Origin: Bacteroidetes bacterium GWE2_42_24
GTDB lineage: Bacteria; Bacteroidota; Bacteroidia; Bacteroidales; TTA-H9
Length of the DNA stretch: 64,000 nt
Assembly (NCBI GenBank): GCA_001768515.1
Contig: MEOA01000010.1
Coordinates: 64,161 to 128,160 of the forward strand
Reading direction: 5' to 3'
Position 1 is the first letter of the stretch. Every line of letters begins with the position of its first letter. The notes beneath the pieces are model-generated. The model saw nothing but the letters and a program-made list of their open reading frames with translations. It was not told where the DNA came from and searched no databases. Shown here one piece after another: positions 51,120-61,087 of this stretch. A program made the position numbers and the translations under genes.

Positions 51120-52349
51120 TTAATGGCTGCGGGAAGCCAGCATATCGCGTCGTGCACCGCTGAACAGTTCATAACCTGAAAGGCGGCACTCCAGCGGTCC
51201 GTTAAACAGGGTAAACCGCTGAGATGGCTTCAGCCCGATAAATTTCATAGCAGAGAGGTCGGAGGTGATAATCCATGCTGTCCAGCCACTCCAGTTACGT
51301 TTCAATGCATCGCCGATACCCTGATAAAAAGAGACGATGTCGTTCTGCTTCATCCGCTCGCCATAAGGTGGATTCATCACCAGAATGCCTGAATCACCCG
51401 GAGGAGGCAGCCTCATGAAATCAGCTTTCATCAGGCTAATGTCCTTGTGAAGGCGCGCGCTACGCAAGTTACCCTGCGCCACCTCCACCACGGTAGCATC
51501 GAGATCTGATCCGGTGATGGGGTGTTGCTGATCACGCAACTGATCGTCGGCTTTATCCTTGATCTGCTGCCAGAGGTCTTCGTCAAAATCAGGCCATTTC
51601 ATGAAACCAAAGACTTCGCGGTAATAACCGGCCGGTATATTTTGGGCAATCATGGCTGCCTCCGTTAGTAAAGTACCCGATCCACACATCGGATCATGAA
51701 GAGGGGTTGACCCATCATATCCGGCCAGCAACAGAATGCCGGAGGCCAGAATCTCATTGAGGGGTGCTTCACCCGTTGCAAGCCTGTAGCCCCGCTTGAA
51801 AAGAGGCTCACCAGAACCATCAAAAGCCAGACTTGCTTCGTTTCCTGAAAGGTGAAGGTTAATCCGCAAATCTGGATTCTGCAATTCCACATCAGGACGA
51901 CGACCACACACTTCCCTCCAATGATCTGCAATGGCATCCTTCACACGTTGAGCGGTAAACTGCGAATGAGTAAAGACGGAGTTTGAAACCACGGCATCAA
52001 TGGCGAAGGTGTTATCAACTGTCATCCAGTCGTGCCATGGCAATTCTTTCACCTTTACATACAGGTCCTCCTGGCTTTCAACCGCAAAGGAGGCGACTGG
52101 ACGAAGTATCCGTAAGGCAGTACGACATAAATAATTGGCCTTATAAAACACCTCCTTGTTACCATTGAAGCTAACGGCCCGTTTAAGTGTGGAGATATTG
52201 GAAGCACCAATGGCAGCCAGTTCGGCTACCAGTACTGGTTCAAGGCCATGAAGGGTCTTGGCTATATAGGTTTGTTGATCAGTTTGATTCACCTTGATGA
52301 TATTTGAGGCAAAGATACAACGTGTTGCCCTGACTTCGGTTGAAAACAA
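51120..52349 (-). CDS. THUMP-domain class I SAM-dependent RNA methyltransferase (RlmL/UPF0020-like)
   Basis: DPMCGSGTLLTEAA motif I and VMNPPYGER motif IV after an N-terminal THUMP-like region. The annotated TTG start is uncertain; the true start is probably about 20 codons downstream. Confidence 0.8.
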   Translation of the reverse strand: MFSTEVRATRCIFASNIIKVNQTDQQTYIAKTLHGLEPVLVAELAAIGASNISTLKRAVSFNGNKEVFYKANYLCRTALRILRPVASFAVESQEDLYVKVKELPWHDWMTVDNTFAIDAVVSNSVFTHSQFTAQRVKDAIADHWREVCGRRPDVELQNPDLRINLHLSGNEASLAFDGSGEPLFKRGYRLATGEAPLNEILASGILLLAGYDGSTPLHDPMCGSGTLLTEAAMIAQNIPAGYYREVFGFMKWPDFDEDLWQQIKDKADDQLRDQQHPITGSDLDATVVEVAQGNLRSARLHKDISLMKADFMRLPPPGDSGILVMNPPYGERMKQNDIVSFYQGIGDALKRNWSGWTAWIITSDLSAMKFIGLKPSQRFTLFNGPLECRLSGYELFSGARRDMLASRSH

Positions 52350-52460
52350 AGTTAATCTTCGCCCCTGTATCCATTAAAGGCACAAGACAGCCCGGGTTCT
52401 CCAACAGAGAACAGGTATGGTTGTGAACCAGACATGAAAAACAAAAAAGAGGGTATAGTC

Positions 52461-53900
52461 TTACTCAACACAAAACACCCAGGCCTCGCTGCCTTTTTGA
52501 TAATTGCGCAAGGCAGAAGGAATTATTACAACAGTACCATCACCTGAACTGACAAATTCGAGAGGAGTTTTATCTCCGTTGAGAGTAATCTTTGTGGATG
52601 ATTTTGCAAAAAACTCATTCATCATCACCTTAGCAGGAAGGCTCTGTTCATTCTCTTCGGGAAGATAGATCGCGAATCGTTTCCCATCCTTTCCCTGGGT
52701 CCAGGCCAGATGCCCCTCACGGTAAGGGCTTACGGCGCGGGTATTATAAATGGCATTCCCGTTCTGTTTCATCCATTGCCCGACACCCTCAAGCATCTGA
52801 AAGGCTTCTTTATCCCATGTGCCATCAGGCCCAGGGGCAATGTTCAGGAGCAGGTTGCCACCCTTGGCGACGATTTCGCATAGGGTATGAATCACTTTTC
52901 GCGGAGTGAGGTATTTTGCATCGGGAATCCATGACCAGCTTCCACCAGCAATGATGCACGATTCCCACGGATAGGACAGATGCTGAGCCGGCACCGTATT
53001 CTCAGGAGTAAGATAATTCTGGTTTTTCCCCGGAACAGCACGATCAACGACAATCAGGTCGGGTTTCACGCTACGGAGTTTTCCGACCAGCTCATCCATC
53101 CGGATATCCTGACTTTTAATTTTCTGGAACCGGTATTGCGGGTCATTGCTCTGCGTCTTCACCTGTTCATCTGATAGCTTTTGTACCCAACCACCATCAA
53201 GCCACACCAAATCAAGCGGGCCATAATTTGTAACAAGTTCCAGCAACTGGTTATGGGTATACTGCACATATCGTTCCCACCTTTCGGGATACCGACTGAT
53301 CTCGTAATTTACATTACGGTCGGGGGTGGCGAAGTTAGGCCACCAGTAGTCGGTGTTGTGCCAGTCGGGTTTAGAAAAATAGGCACCAGCCCACATCCCC
53401 TCGGCACGAAAGGCATTGAACACTTCCCGGGCTATGTCACTCCGCTTGTTAACATGAAACGGGCAAGCGGAATCGGTCACCTTGTAGTCGGTGTATTGGG
53501 TATTGTACATACAAAAACCATCGTGGTGTTTGGTGGTAAAAACGACATACTTCATTCCGGCCTCTTTGGCCGCTTTTGCCCAGATTGACGGATCGAAGCG
53601 AACGGGGTTAAAACTTAGCTTCAGGTTTTCGTAATTCTTTTTATACAATTCATAGTTGTCGGTATTGCGTCGGCACCAGTCCTCATCCTCTGCGCAAATA
53701 CTCCATGATTCCACAACACCCCACTGGCTATAAGCACCCCAGTGCATAAGCAGTCCGAACTTCATATCCTGCCATTGCTCCAGCTTTTGATTAACCAACG
53801 GACTGGGATCCAGGGTATAGGTTTGTATTGATTCCTGTGCCGAGAGGGTAGTGACATGAAGCACAACGAAAAAGAAAATCGATTTTACAAGGGTTTTCAT
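52461..53900 (-). CDS. alpha-L-fucosidase (GH29), secreted
   Basis: Signal peptide, then GH29 motifs WGVVESW, YVVFTTKHHDGFCMYNT and LVWLDGGW. Confidence 0.85.
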   Translation of the reverse strand: MKTLVKSIFFFVVLHVTTLSAQESIQTYTLDPSPLVNQKLEQWQDMKFGLLMHWGAYSQWGVVESWSICAEDEDWCRRNTDNYELYKKNYENLKLSFNPVRFDPSIWAKAAKEAGMKYVVFTTKHHDGFCMYNTQYTDYKVTDSACPFHVNKRSDIAREVFNAFRAEGMWAGAYFSKPDWHNTDYWWPNFATPDRNVNYEISRYPERWERYVQYTHNQLLELVTNYGPLDLVWLDGGWVQKLSDEQVKTQSNDPQYRFQKIKSQDIRMDELVGKLRSVKPDLIVVDRAVPGKNQNYLTPENTVPAQHLSYPWESCIIAGGSWSWIPDAKYLTPRKVIHTLCEIVAKGGNLLLNIAPGPDGTWDKEAFQMLEGVGQWMKQNGNAIYNTRAVSPYREGHLAWTQGKDGKRFAIYLPEENEQSLPAKVMMNEFFAKSSTKITLNGDKTPLEFVSSGDGTVVIIPSALRNYQKGSEAWVFCVE

Positions 53901-54005
53901 TGCAATGAATTAAAGTTAGGCTATGAACTATTTCGGATGAACTAATGATTATCATCAACCGGTGACAGATTTGTTTATAGAACAAGACACAAGATACCGA
54001 CATGG

Positions 54006-54245
54006 TTAATGGACGGTAATCTCATCAACGAATATCCAACTTTCGAGACCATGCCCGGGACACCATGCAGGACAATAGCGTATAGACCGGCTCTTCAATC
54101 TGACGAACCGGGCAGCCTCTGACTGCAAAGGTATAATGAATTCATGTGAAAAACTACCCGTTTCGTCTGATTGGTGAGGATTAGAGGCCATACCCACAGG
54201 GAGGGAAGAGTCTCCATCAATCGACACTTCAGCAGTCACCTCCAA
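54006..54245 (-). pseudogene. possible C-terminal remnant of an F5/8 type C (discoidin/CBM32-like) domain protein
   Basis: 79-aa ORF with only a TTG start. It ends ARFVRLKS...WIFVDEITVH, resembling the last strands of discoidin domains. No upstream coding continuation exists. Confidence 0.3.
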
Positions 54246-54302
54246 CGGGAGGAAGATCCAGTTAAAAGGCTACAAAAATAGCAACTATGGTAAGGTACTA
54301 AA

Positions 54303-54337
54303 CTGAAAGAGCCCCCATTTGGCGGGGGCTCTTTCAG
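54303..54337 (-). terminator. terminator-like hairpin after the S46 peptidase gene
   Basis: Perfect 14-bp stem CTGAAAGAGCCCCC / GGGGGCTCTTTCAG with a 7-nt loop, about 18 nt beyond the stop at 54355. A short TTT follows on the minus strand. Confidence 0.6.
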
Positions 54338-54354
54338 AATATTTCAAAACAGAA

Positions 54355-56589
54355 TTACTGAACCAATGTCATCTCATCTATCAAGCGGTTGCAACCGCCG
54401 AGTTTTTCGATGATAAACAGCACGTAGCGTACATCGACATTAATGGTACGTTGCAGGTTAACTTCGAAAGCAATATCGCCGCTCATGGCTTCCCAGTTGC
54501 CATCGAAAGCAAGGCCGATCAGTTCGCCATTGCCGTTGATTACAGGGCTGCCGGAATTACCACCGGTGATATCGTTTGTGGTAAGGAAACAAGTTACAAG
54601 CTCATCTTTACCATTAATCTTCACACCATAACGGCCATAATCCTTTTTCTCCCAAAGGGATTTAAGTTTCGGATCAACAACAAATTCAGGGTTCGTTGCA
54701 TCCTCCTTTTCCATCACACCATCGAGGGTTGTAATGAAGTCGTAATGCATAGCATTGCCGGGATAATAATCGAGAACCTTTCCATAAGAAAGGCGCATGG
54801 TAGAGTTTGCATCGGGGGCAAATTTATGTTCAGGATTCATCTCGCGAAGCGCTTCAATAAACAGACGGTTGCCTTTGCCAATCATCTCCTCTGAAGGGCC
54901 TTGCATAGCATAGAGGTTCATGATGTTGGTGCGAACCTTTGCCGCGATGTCGAAAAGAGGATCGCGCGTGAGGGTTTTATAATCGGGGTCGGCAAGGAAT
55001 GCTTCAAACTTATCAAAGGAAGCAAAAATGCTTTTTTCATACAGATAATCAGCCCAGGCCTTAAAATCGCCTTTAAATTTGCCTTCAAGCTGCCCAAAGA
55101 TAGCAGGCCGCTGATCTACAGGGACATTCTTATAATAAAGCTCAAGCATCCCGGCAAAAAGTTTGCGATCGGTAGGCAAATTATAATCTTTATAAAAATC
55201 AGAGGCTCGATTCTGCATATTGTCAATGGTAACCTTTAATTTCTCCTGCAGTTTTACTTTTTCATCTTTTTTGGCCTTTTTTAAAGCCTCCATGTTAGTT
55301 GCCATTGCACCTGTACGCATAGCAAAACGAATGATTTCAGGTCCCTGAATGACTGCTTCACTCAGATAGAGAAGCGAAGGGTTGGTTTCTTTCATTTGAT
55401 CGTATCCTCCGGCAATCAGCTTAAGAGCTTCGCCATATTTGGCAGTACGTTCGGCCGACTGGTCAATCCATCTGTTGAAATCATCTTCAATACCCTTTTT
55501 CCTATCAACAATTTTCAGTCGTTTAAGCATGCGGTTTTGTCCTATGGCATATTTCCAATAATTTGCTGAGCCGGCAAATTTAGCAGCATACATCAGGTTA
55601 ATACGGGGATCTGTATCCATGTCTTCACGCATAATAGCAAGCTTGCGGTCGCGTGCTTTAACGGTGATAGGATTTGTTTCATCAATGGTTGCCTGCACAC
55701 CATAGCTTGTCATGTAACGGTCGGTTGAACCAGGGAAACCCCAAATCATAGCATAATCATCCTTCTGAACGCCTTTCAGAGAAACCGGCAGATGATGTCT
55801 GGGTTTCAGGGGAACATTGTCCTTACTGTATTCAGCAGAAGAACCGTCGGGGGCAGTATAAACACGAAATATTGAGAAGTCGCCGGTATGACGGGGCCAC
55901 ATCCAGTTGTCGGTGTCGCCGCCAAATTTACCAATTGATGACGGGGGCGTTCCTACCAGACGGACATCCTTGTATGTGATATAAACAAACAGGTAAAACT
56001 CATTTCCACCAAAAAAGCTGTGAACAACTGGGGTGTATTTTCCATCTTCTGAGGCCTTCTTTTGAATCTCTTCAGAAAGTTCCTGAATCTTTGCCGCACG
56101 GGTGGCTTCACTCATGGTGTCGCTGAGCTGTGAAAGAATCTGCTCAGTTACGTTTTCCATACGATTAAGGAAAGAAGCAGTAAGACCAGGATTTGGAAGC
56201 TCTTCCTCCAGGCTCATAGCCCAGAAACCATTGGTCAGGTAATCATGTTCAACTGTACTATGCTCCTGGATGCTGTTATAACCGCAGTGGTGATTGGTGA
56301 ACAACAATCCCTGATCACTCACGATCTCACCGGTACAGAAGTACCCGTATGGTGCACTACCTGCCGCCAGTCCGACGACGGCATCCTTCAGGCTTGAATT
56401 GTTTATTGAATAGAGCTCTTCGGCAGTGAGTTTCAACCCCATTTTTTGCATATCGACGTAGTTTAGCCGCTCAACAAACATCGGGAGCCACATCCCTTCG
56501 TCGGGGGTTCCGGCCTTAAGAACCGGCAAGGACAAAAACAACAGACCGGCAAGAAAAAACCGGGTGATTGCTTTATGAAAAATATTCAT
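54355..56589 (-). CDS. S46-family dipeptidyl-peptidase (DPP7/DPP11-like)
   Basis: 744 aa: signal peptide, then DEGMWLP, the catalytic His region FTNHHCG, and the catalytic Ser motif TGGNSGSPV. Confidence 0.85.
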   Translation of the reverse strand: MNIFHKAITRFFLAGLLFLSLPVLKAGTPDEGMWLPMFVERLNYVDMQKMGLKLTAEELYSINNSSLKDAVVGLAAGSAPYGYFCTGEIVSDQGLLFTNHHCGYNSIQEHSTVEHDYLTNGFWAMSLEEELPNPGLTASFLNRMENVTEQILSQLSDTMSEATRAAKIQELSEEIQKKASEDGKYTPVVHSFFGGNEFYLFVYITYKDVRLVGTPPSSIGKFGGDTDNWMWPRHTGDFSIFRVYTAPDGSSAEYSKDNVPLKPRHHLPVSLKGVQKDDYAMIWGFPGSTDRYMTSYGVQATIDETNPITVKARDRKLAIMREDMDTDPRINLMYAAKFAGSANYWKYAIGQNRMLKRLKIVDRKKGIEDDFNRWIDQSAERTAKYGEALKLIAGGYDQMKETNPSLLYLSEAVIQGPEIIRFAMRTGAMATNMEALKKAKKDEKVKLQEKLKVTIDNMQNRASDFYKDYNLPTDRKLFAGMLELYYKNVPVDQRPAIFGQLEGKFKGDFKAWADYLYEKSIFASFDKFEAFLADPDYKTLTRDPLFDIAAKVRTNIMNLYAMQGPSEEMIGKGNRLFIEALREMNPEHKFAPDANSTMRLSYGKVLDYYPGNAMHYDFITTLDGVMEKEDATNPEFVVDPKLKSLWEKKDYGRYGVKINGKDELVTCFLTTNDITGGNSGSPVINGNGELIGLAFDGNWEAMSGDIAFEVNLQRTINVDVRYVLFIIEKLGGCNRLIDEMTLVQ

Positions 56590-56891
56590 AACTTGATTTT
56601 AAATGGTTTAAGGCTTCAATTTTTAAATTGAAACAGGGTAATTTTTAGCCGTCAAACATACGGATATTTTACCTATAAAAACTACTAACCACGCTGATAT
56701 TGATGCAAAGGCACCTTAAAAGCACTAACGCCCCTCAAAGAATGCCCGGTCTTCAGGCCTCTGAAAAGGGAAACAGGGAGAAAAACTTAGCCTTATCAGT
56801 AATGAAAAGGGGCATAACAATTCAAGAGATCAACAGTAAATCAGGTTTCGAAGTATATTGAATCCTGCAGTATAAATTCCAGCAATTCATT

Positions 56892-56931
56892 AAAAAAAGG
56901 AAGTTGCCCAGCCTCCCGGCGGAGCAACTTC
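56892..56931 (-). terminator. rho-independent terminator after the superoxide dismutase gene
   Basis: On the minus strand, GAAGTTGC..GCAACTTC stem with an inner TCC-GCCG-GGA extension, followed by CTTTTTTTA. About 40 nt after the stop. Confidence 0.7.
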
Positions 56932-56971
56932 ATCAGAAAATCAATCACCAAAATCAAAAAAACAACCAGAT

Positions 56972-57613
56972 TTACAACGATTTGATTGCGTCGCTGTAAT
57001 ATTTTGCAACCTGCTCCCAGGAAACTACATGCCAGAAACCTTCGATGTAGTCGGGACGACGGTTTTGATACTTCAAATAATAGGCATGTTCCCAAACATC
57101 CAGCCCCATAACCGGTAATCCCCTGCAATCCGAAATGTCCATAAGTGGGTTATCCTGATTAGGGGTACTGCTGACTGCCAGAGAACCATCTTTTTTAACA
57201 ACGAGCCATGCCCACCCGCTTCCAAAACGTGTTTTGGCAGCATCGGAGAAGGCTTTTTTGAATTCATCAAACGAATTAAATTTCCTGACAATGGCATCCA
57301 AAAGTTCACCTGTTGGCTCACCACCACCCTGCCCGTTCATAATAGTCCAAAACTTAGCATGATTATAATGCCCGCCCGCATTGTTTCGGACAACAGTAGG
57401 ATAACGACTGATGTTGCGCAAAAGATCACCGAATGCTATATCGGCCATTTCGGTATCCTTCACGGCATTCTGAAGGTTATCGAAATAGGCTTTATGGTGC
57501 TTTGTGTAATGGATTTCCATAGTCATTGCATCGATATACGGCTCCAGCGCATCGAAATTGAATGGTAATGAAGGAAATATAAGATTTTTGACTGTAATAT
57601 TCATTTTCTGCAC
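56972..57613 (-). CDS. Fe/Mn-family superoxide dismutase
   Basis: [25 protein letters not shown] and the DVWEHAYYL metal-ligand motifs. Metal specificity cannot be told from the sequence alone. Confidence 0.9.
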   Translation of the reverse strand: MQKMNITVKNLIFPSLPFNFDALEPYIDAMTMEIHYTKHHKAYFDNLQNAVKDTEMADIAFGDLLRNISRYPTVVRNNAGGHYNHAKFWTIMNGQGGGEPTGELLDAIVRKFNSFDEFKKAFSDAAKTRFGSGWAWLVVKKDGSLAVSSTPNQDNPLMDISDCRGLPVMGLDVWEHAYYLKYQNRRPDYIEGFWHVVSWEQVAKYYSDAIKSL

Positions 57614-57685
57614 CAGGATTATTTATTCTGTTTCCAGATAGAACAGAAGCCAGACAGAAAAAGTTCACATGACAAGCTGATTATT

Positions 57686-58324
57686 TCAGGAAACCTTTCG
57701 TGCCATGGTGAGACCGTCACGTAGAGGAATCATCACGACCTCCATAGCTGAATCATTGACCAACAATTGATTAAAAGACAAAACGCCCCGGGTTTCCTTG
57801 TCATGGTGTACCGCTGGCTGAAGCACTTTACCGCCCCATAAAACATTATCTACAAGCATCAAACCTCCTGAATTTAAAAGGCTTACAGCTAAAGCATAAT
57901 AAACCGGATAATTTTCTTTGTCGGCATCAATAAAAATCAAATCAAAGCCTTGATTCAGCGTAGGGAGGATTGTAACTGCATCACCAATCTTTAATTCAAT
58001 CTGGTCTTTCCATGATGACTGAGAGAAATAACTTTTGGCGATCAGTTCAATCTCAGGATTGTTGTCGATAGTGATAACGGATCCTCCGGGTTGAAGGCCT
58101 TCGCACAGGCAAAGGGCTGAATAGCCTGTAAAGGTTCCGATTTCAAGAACTCTTAATGGCTTAACAAGTTTGCTTATCATCGCCAGCACCCTGCCCTGAA
58201 GAGCACCTGAGATCATGTGCGGGTAAGCTGACCGCAAAAAGGTCACTCGTTCCAGATCGGCTAAAAGTTTACTTTGAGCAGTTGAGTGGGCTATACAATA
58301 GGTCTCCTCCGGATTTTGAAACAT
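57686..58324 (-). CDS. class I SAM-dependent O-methyltransferase (Methyltransf_3, YrrM/caffeoyl-CoA OMT-like)
   Basis: VLEIGTFTGYSAL motif I, then FIDADKENY. Confidence 0.8.
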   Translation of the reverse strand: MFQNPEETYCIAHSTAQSKLLADLERVTFLRSAYPHMISGALQGRVLAMISKLVKPLRVLEIGTFTGYSALCLCEGLQPGGSVITIDNNPEIELIAKSYFSQSSWKDQIELKIGDAVTILPTLNQGFDLIFIDADKENYPVYYALAVSLLNSGGLMLVDNVLWGGKVLQPAVHHDKETRGVLSFNQLLVNDSAMEVVMIPLRDGLTMARKVS

Positions 58325-58329
58325 CGCGA

Positions 58330-59622
58330 TTATTTTGTTGGTTTCCCCCGCTGCCTTGCCTCAAAGATGAGTGTACTCATGGCCATGGGATTAGTAATTT
58401 CAAGCGCTGCCTCTATCATATCATCCTGCTTTACATTCTCAATCAGATCTAATGTATTGACCAGCGATTCGATAAAGCCGGCATGAAGCCATTGTTTTCC
58501 ATAGGCCATCAGGCGGTTGGCATTCGATTCGGCAGCAATGGCAATCTGTCCCTGAAATTGTCTCTTCGCCTGCAGCAACTGCAAAGGACCTAAAGGGCGC
58601 TCGCGTAATCTGGACAATTCATGTTCAATGACTTCGAGTGTTTTTTGGTGCAATCCATTTTCAGTTCCGAAATAGACCCAGAATAATCCGGTATCGGTAT
58701 ATGCCTGATAACCTGATTCAATGTTGTAAGTATAACCATGTTTTTCACGAACAACCAGATTGAGACGTGAAGTCATGGCACTTCCCCCGAGATAATTGTT
58801 GAGAAGGGCAAGGGGTGTTCTCCGCGGATGTTTCATGTCGTAAGCCAGATTACCAATCACACAATGATTCTGATAATGGCTTTTTTTGATCACTTTCTCA
58901 AAAGGGATATAATTCGAAAAGGCTGGTCTGGAGAATTCGGCAGCAGGGAATGGAGCATCCGTAAAGTAACGTTGTGCCAGAAGTTCTACCTTCGCAAGGG
59001 AAAGATTCCCCGAAACTGCCAAAAGCATTCTCGAAGGATGATAATGACGTTGGATAAAAGTGATAACATCTTTTCGGTTGAATTTCCTTACCGTCGATTT
59101 AGTTCCGAGGATATTGCGTCCAATGGGATGTCCTGAATAAAGATGTTCCTCAAAATCGTCCATAATCTGTTCAGACGGGTTGTCGCGATAAGAATCAATT
59201 TCGTCAGTGATTACCTGCTTCTCTTTTTCGAGTTCGTTTTCCGGAAAGACAGAATTAAAAATCACATCGGCGAAGAGTTCTACCGCCCTGCCAATGTATG
59301 GTTGCATGACAGCAGCGTAGAGACAGGTTTCCTCCTTTGAGGTATAAGCATTCAGGTCTCCCCCTACCGATTCAAGTCGGTTAAGTACATGGAACGACTT
59401 CCGGTGAGTTGTCCCCTTAAAAAGTGTATGCTCAATAAAGTGAGCAATACCATTCTCGGAAGGAGCTTCATCACGTGAGCCCACATTAAGATAGAGGGTT
59501 ACATGAGCCACTGGCAACCGGTTCGGTAACAACAATATCTTTAGTCCGTTTGGCAGTTCACTCCGCCAGATTAATTCATCGTTCATGGAGCGCAAAATTA
59601 CTCTTTTACCCGGCGCGAACAC
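58330..59622 (-). CDS. M16-family (pitrilysin/insulinase-like) zinc peptidase
   Basis: Inverted zincin motif HFIEHTLFKGT (HxxEH) near the N-terminus. 430 aa. Confidence 0.85.
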   Translation of the reverse strand: MFAPGKRVILRSMNDELIWRSELPNGLKILLLPNRLPVAHVTLYLNVGSRDEAPSENGIAHFIEHTLFKGTTHRKSFHVLNRLESVGGDLNAYTSKEETCLYAAVMQPYIGRAVELFADVIFNSVFPENELEKEKQVITDEIDSYRDNPSEQIMDDFEEHLYSGHPIGRNILGTKSTVRKFNRKDVITFIQRHYHPSRMLLAVSGNLSLAKVELLAQRYFTDAPFPAAEFSRPAFSNYIPFEKVIKKSHYQNHCVIGNLAYDMKHPRRTPLALLNNYLGGSAMTSRLNLVVREKHGYTYNIESGYQAYTDTGLFWVYFGTENGLHQKTLEVIEHELSRLRERPLGPLQLLQAKRQFQGQIAIAAESNANRLMAYGKQWLHAGFIESLVNTLDLIENVKQDDMIEAALEITNPMAMSTLIFEARQRGKPTK

Positions 59623-59655
59623 TTCCTATTTCATTACATTTGTATAAAAGAAGAG

Positions 59656-60198
59656 ATGATGTGTCATTTGCAGAGAAATGGATTTTTGATGTCTGGAGTC
59701 ATTTTACCGGCCATCAGCGGATACATACAGTCAAGTATATTCCCTGATTCATTCAGGCATGAACGGAGTGAAGCAGGAGCCTCATCCTGTCTTAATTATC
59801 GGTATATCGATCAGAATATTATGATTATTGAGACTACATGGAATGGCATTCACGAAGAAATGGATGCCGTAATCAAAGCTGCAATCTCGTTAGATGATAA
59901 TGCAGTAAAAATGAGAGTATCGGCAGATGAGTGCCTGATTACCGGAACCATTGCCTTCAATTCAGCGATTATCTTGTCTGGTGAGGGGGCGGAAAAATCC
60001 AAGGTGCTTTTTGATCAGGGAAGCCAGCCAATATACGCCATTTCAACCAATGCTTCAAAGATTGGTTTTCCGACAGGTCATAGTGTTTACAACACAGAAA
60101 ACAGTTATGCTGCCAATTGCAGAAAAGAAGGAATATATTCCCAAAAAAGCAATGGCGGCCATCTGCATATTTATCCTGATGCTGGACAACAGCTATGA
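59656..60198 (+). CDS. doubtful hypothetical ORF
   Basis: Only ORF in a 613-bp gap. No recognisable motif or signal peptide. If real, a later start (MIIETTWNG, about 59821) is more plausible. Confidence 0.25.
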   Translation: MMCHLQRNGFLMSGVILPAISGYIQSSIFPDSFRHERSEAGASSCLNYRYIDQNIMIIETTWNGIHEEMDAVIKAAISLDDNAVKMRVSADECLITGTIAFNSAIILSGEGAEKSKVLFDQGSQPIYAISTNASKIGFPTGHSVYNTENSYAANCRKEGIYSQKSNGGHLHIYPDAGQQL

Positions 60199-60235
60199 TT
60201 CAGCGGGAATAAAAAAATCAAATTTCGATTAACAG

Positions 60236-61087
60236 ATGAAAATTCTTACAAACGATGTGGTGATTAAAACCATGAACCTTTCCGACATGCAGACTGCACT
60301 CGACTGGGCTGACTCCGAAGGCTGGAATCCCGGATTGCATGATGCAGAGGCATTTTACTACTCTGATCCGAACGGTTTTTTTATTGCAACCATCAACGAA
60401 AAGCCAGCAGGGATAATATCGGCTGTTGCCCACGACGATAAATACGGCTTCATTGGTTTTTTCATTGTTAAACCCGAATACAGAGGAACCAGTCTGGCGA
60501 TGCTTCTCGGAAAAACAGCTTTCGCACATCTTGGCAACAGAAACATTGGCCTCGATGGTGTACCGGCAAGGCTGGAGAACTACAGAGCCTTCGGGTTTAC
60601 TGTTGCCCATCAGAACACGCGCTATACAGGGATAGCATCAGGCAGTTCCGATCCCCGTTCAATACCCCTTTACGACATTCCCTTCGATCAGTTGTTATCT
60701 TACGATTCAAAAATTAGTGGTTTTAATCGTCGGATCTTCCTCTCGCACTGGATAAATCAACCAGGCAGCCATGCTCTGGCATGGCCTGACAAAGAGGGAA
60801 ACCCAATTGGTTACGGTGTCATCAGACCATGCCGGATGGGTTATAAGATTGGGCCGCTCTTTGCCTGCAACGATCAGATTGCCCGAGTACTGTTCGACAA
60901 CCTATGCCATAGGGTAAAGGGAGAGCAAGTTTATCTGGATGTACCAGAACCCAATGCTTGTTCAACAGAGATGGCTCATGAGGCTGGCATGACACCTGTA
61001 TTCAGCACCGCAAGGATGTATTCCAAATACAGTCATGTAACAGAAGAAAAATCAGTTTATGGTATTACCAGTTTTGAACTGGGGTAA
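60236..61087 (+). CDS. GNAT-family N-acetyltransferase with C-terminal YitH-like domain
   Basis: N-terminal GNAT core (GFIGFFIVKPEYRGTSLAMLL) followed by a second, roughly 130-aa domain. Confidence 0.7.
   Translation: MKILTNDVVIKTMNLSDMQTALDWADSEGWNPGLHDAEAFYYSDPNGFFIATINEKPAGIISAVAHDDKYGFIGFFIVKPEYRGTSLAMLLGKTAFAHLGNRNIGLDGVPARLENYRAFGFTVAHQNTRYTGIASGSSDPRSIPLYDIPFDQLLSYDSKISGFNRRIFLSHWINQPGSHALAWPDKEGNPIGYGVIRPCRMGYKIGPLFACNDQIARVLFDNLCHRVKGEQVYLDVPEPNACSTEMAHEAGMTPVFSTARMYSKYSHVTEEKSVYGITSFELG

Noticed and set aside
56841-57128. ORF 56841..57128 (95 aa), overlapping the 3' end of the SOD gene and its terminator.
   Set aside because: It overlaps a confidently identified gene in another frame on the same strand, spans the terminator hairpin, and has no motif support.
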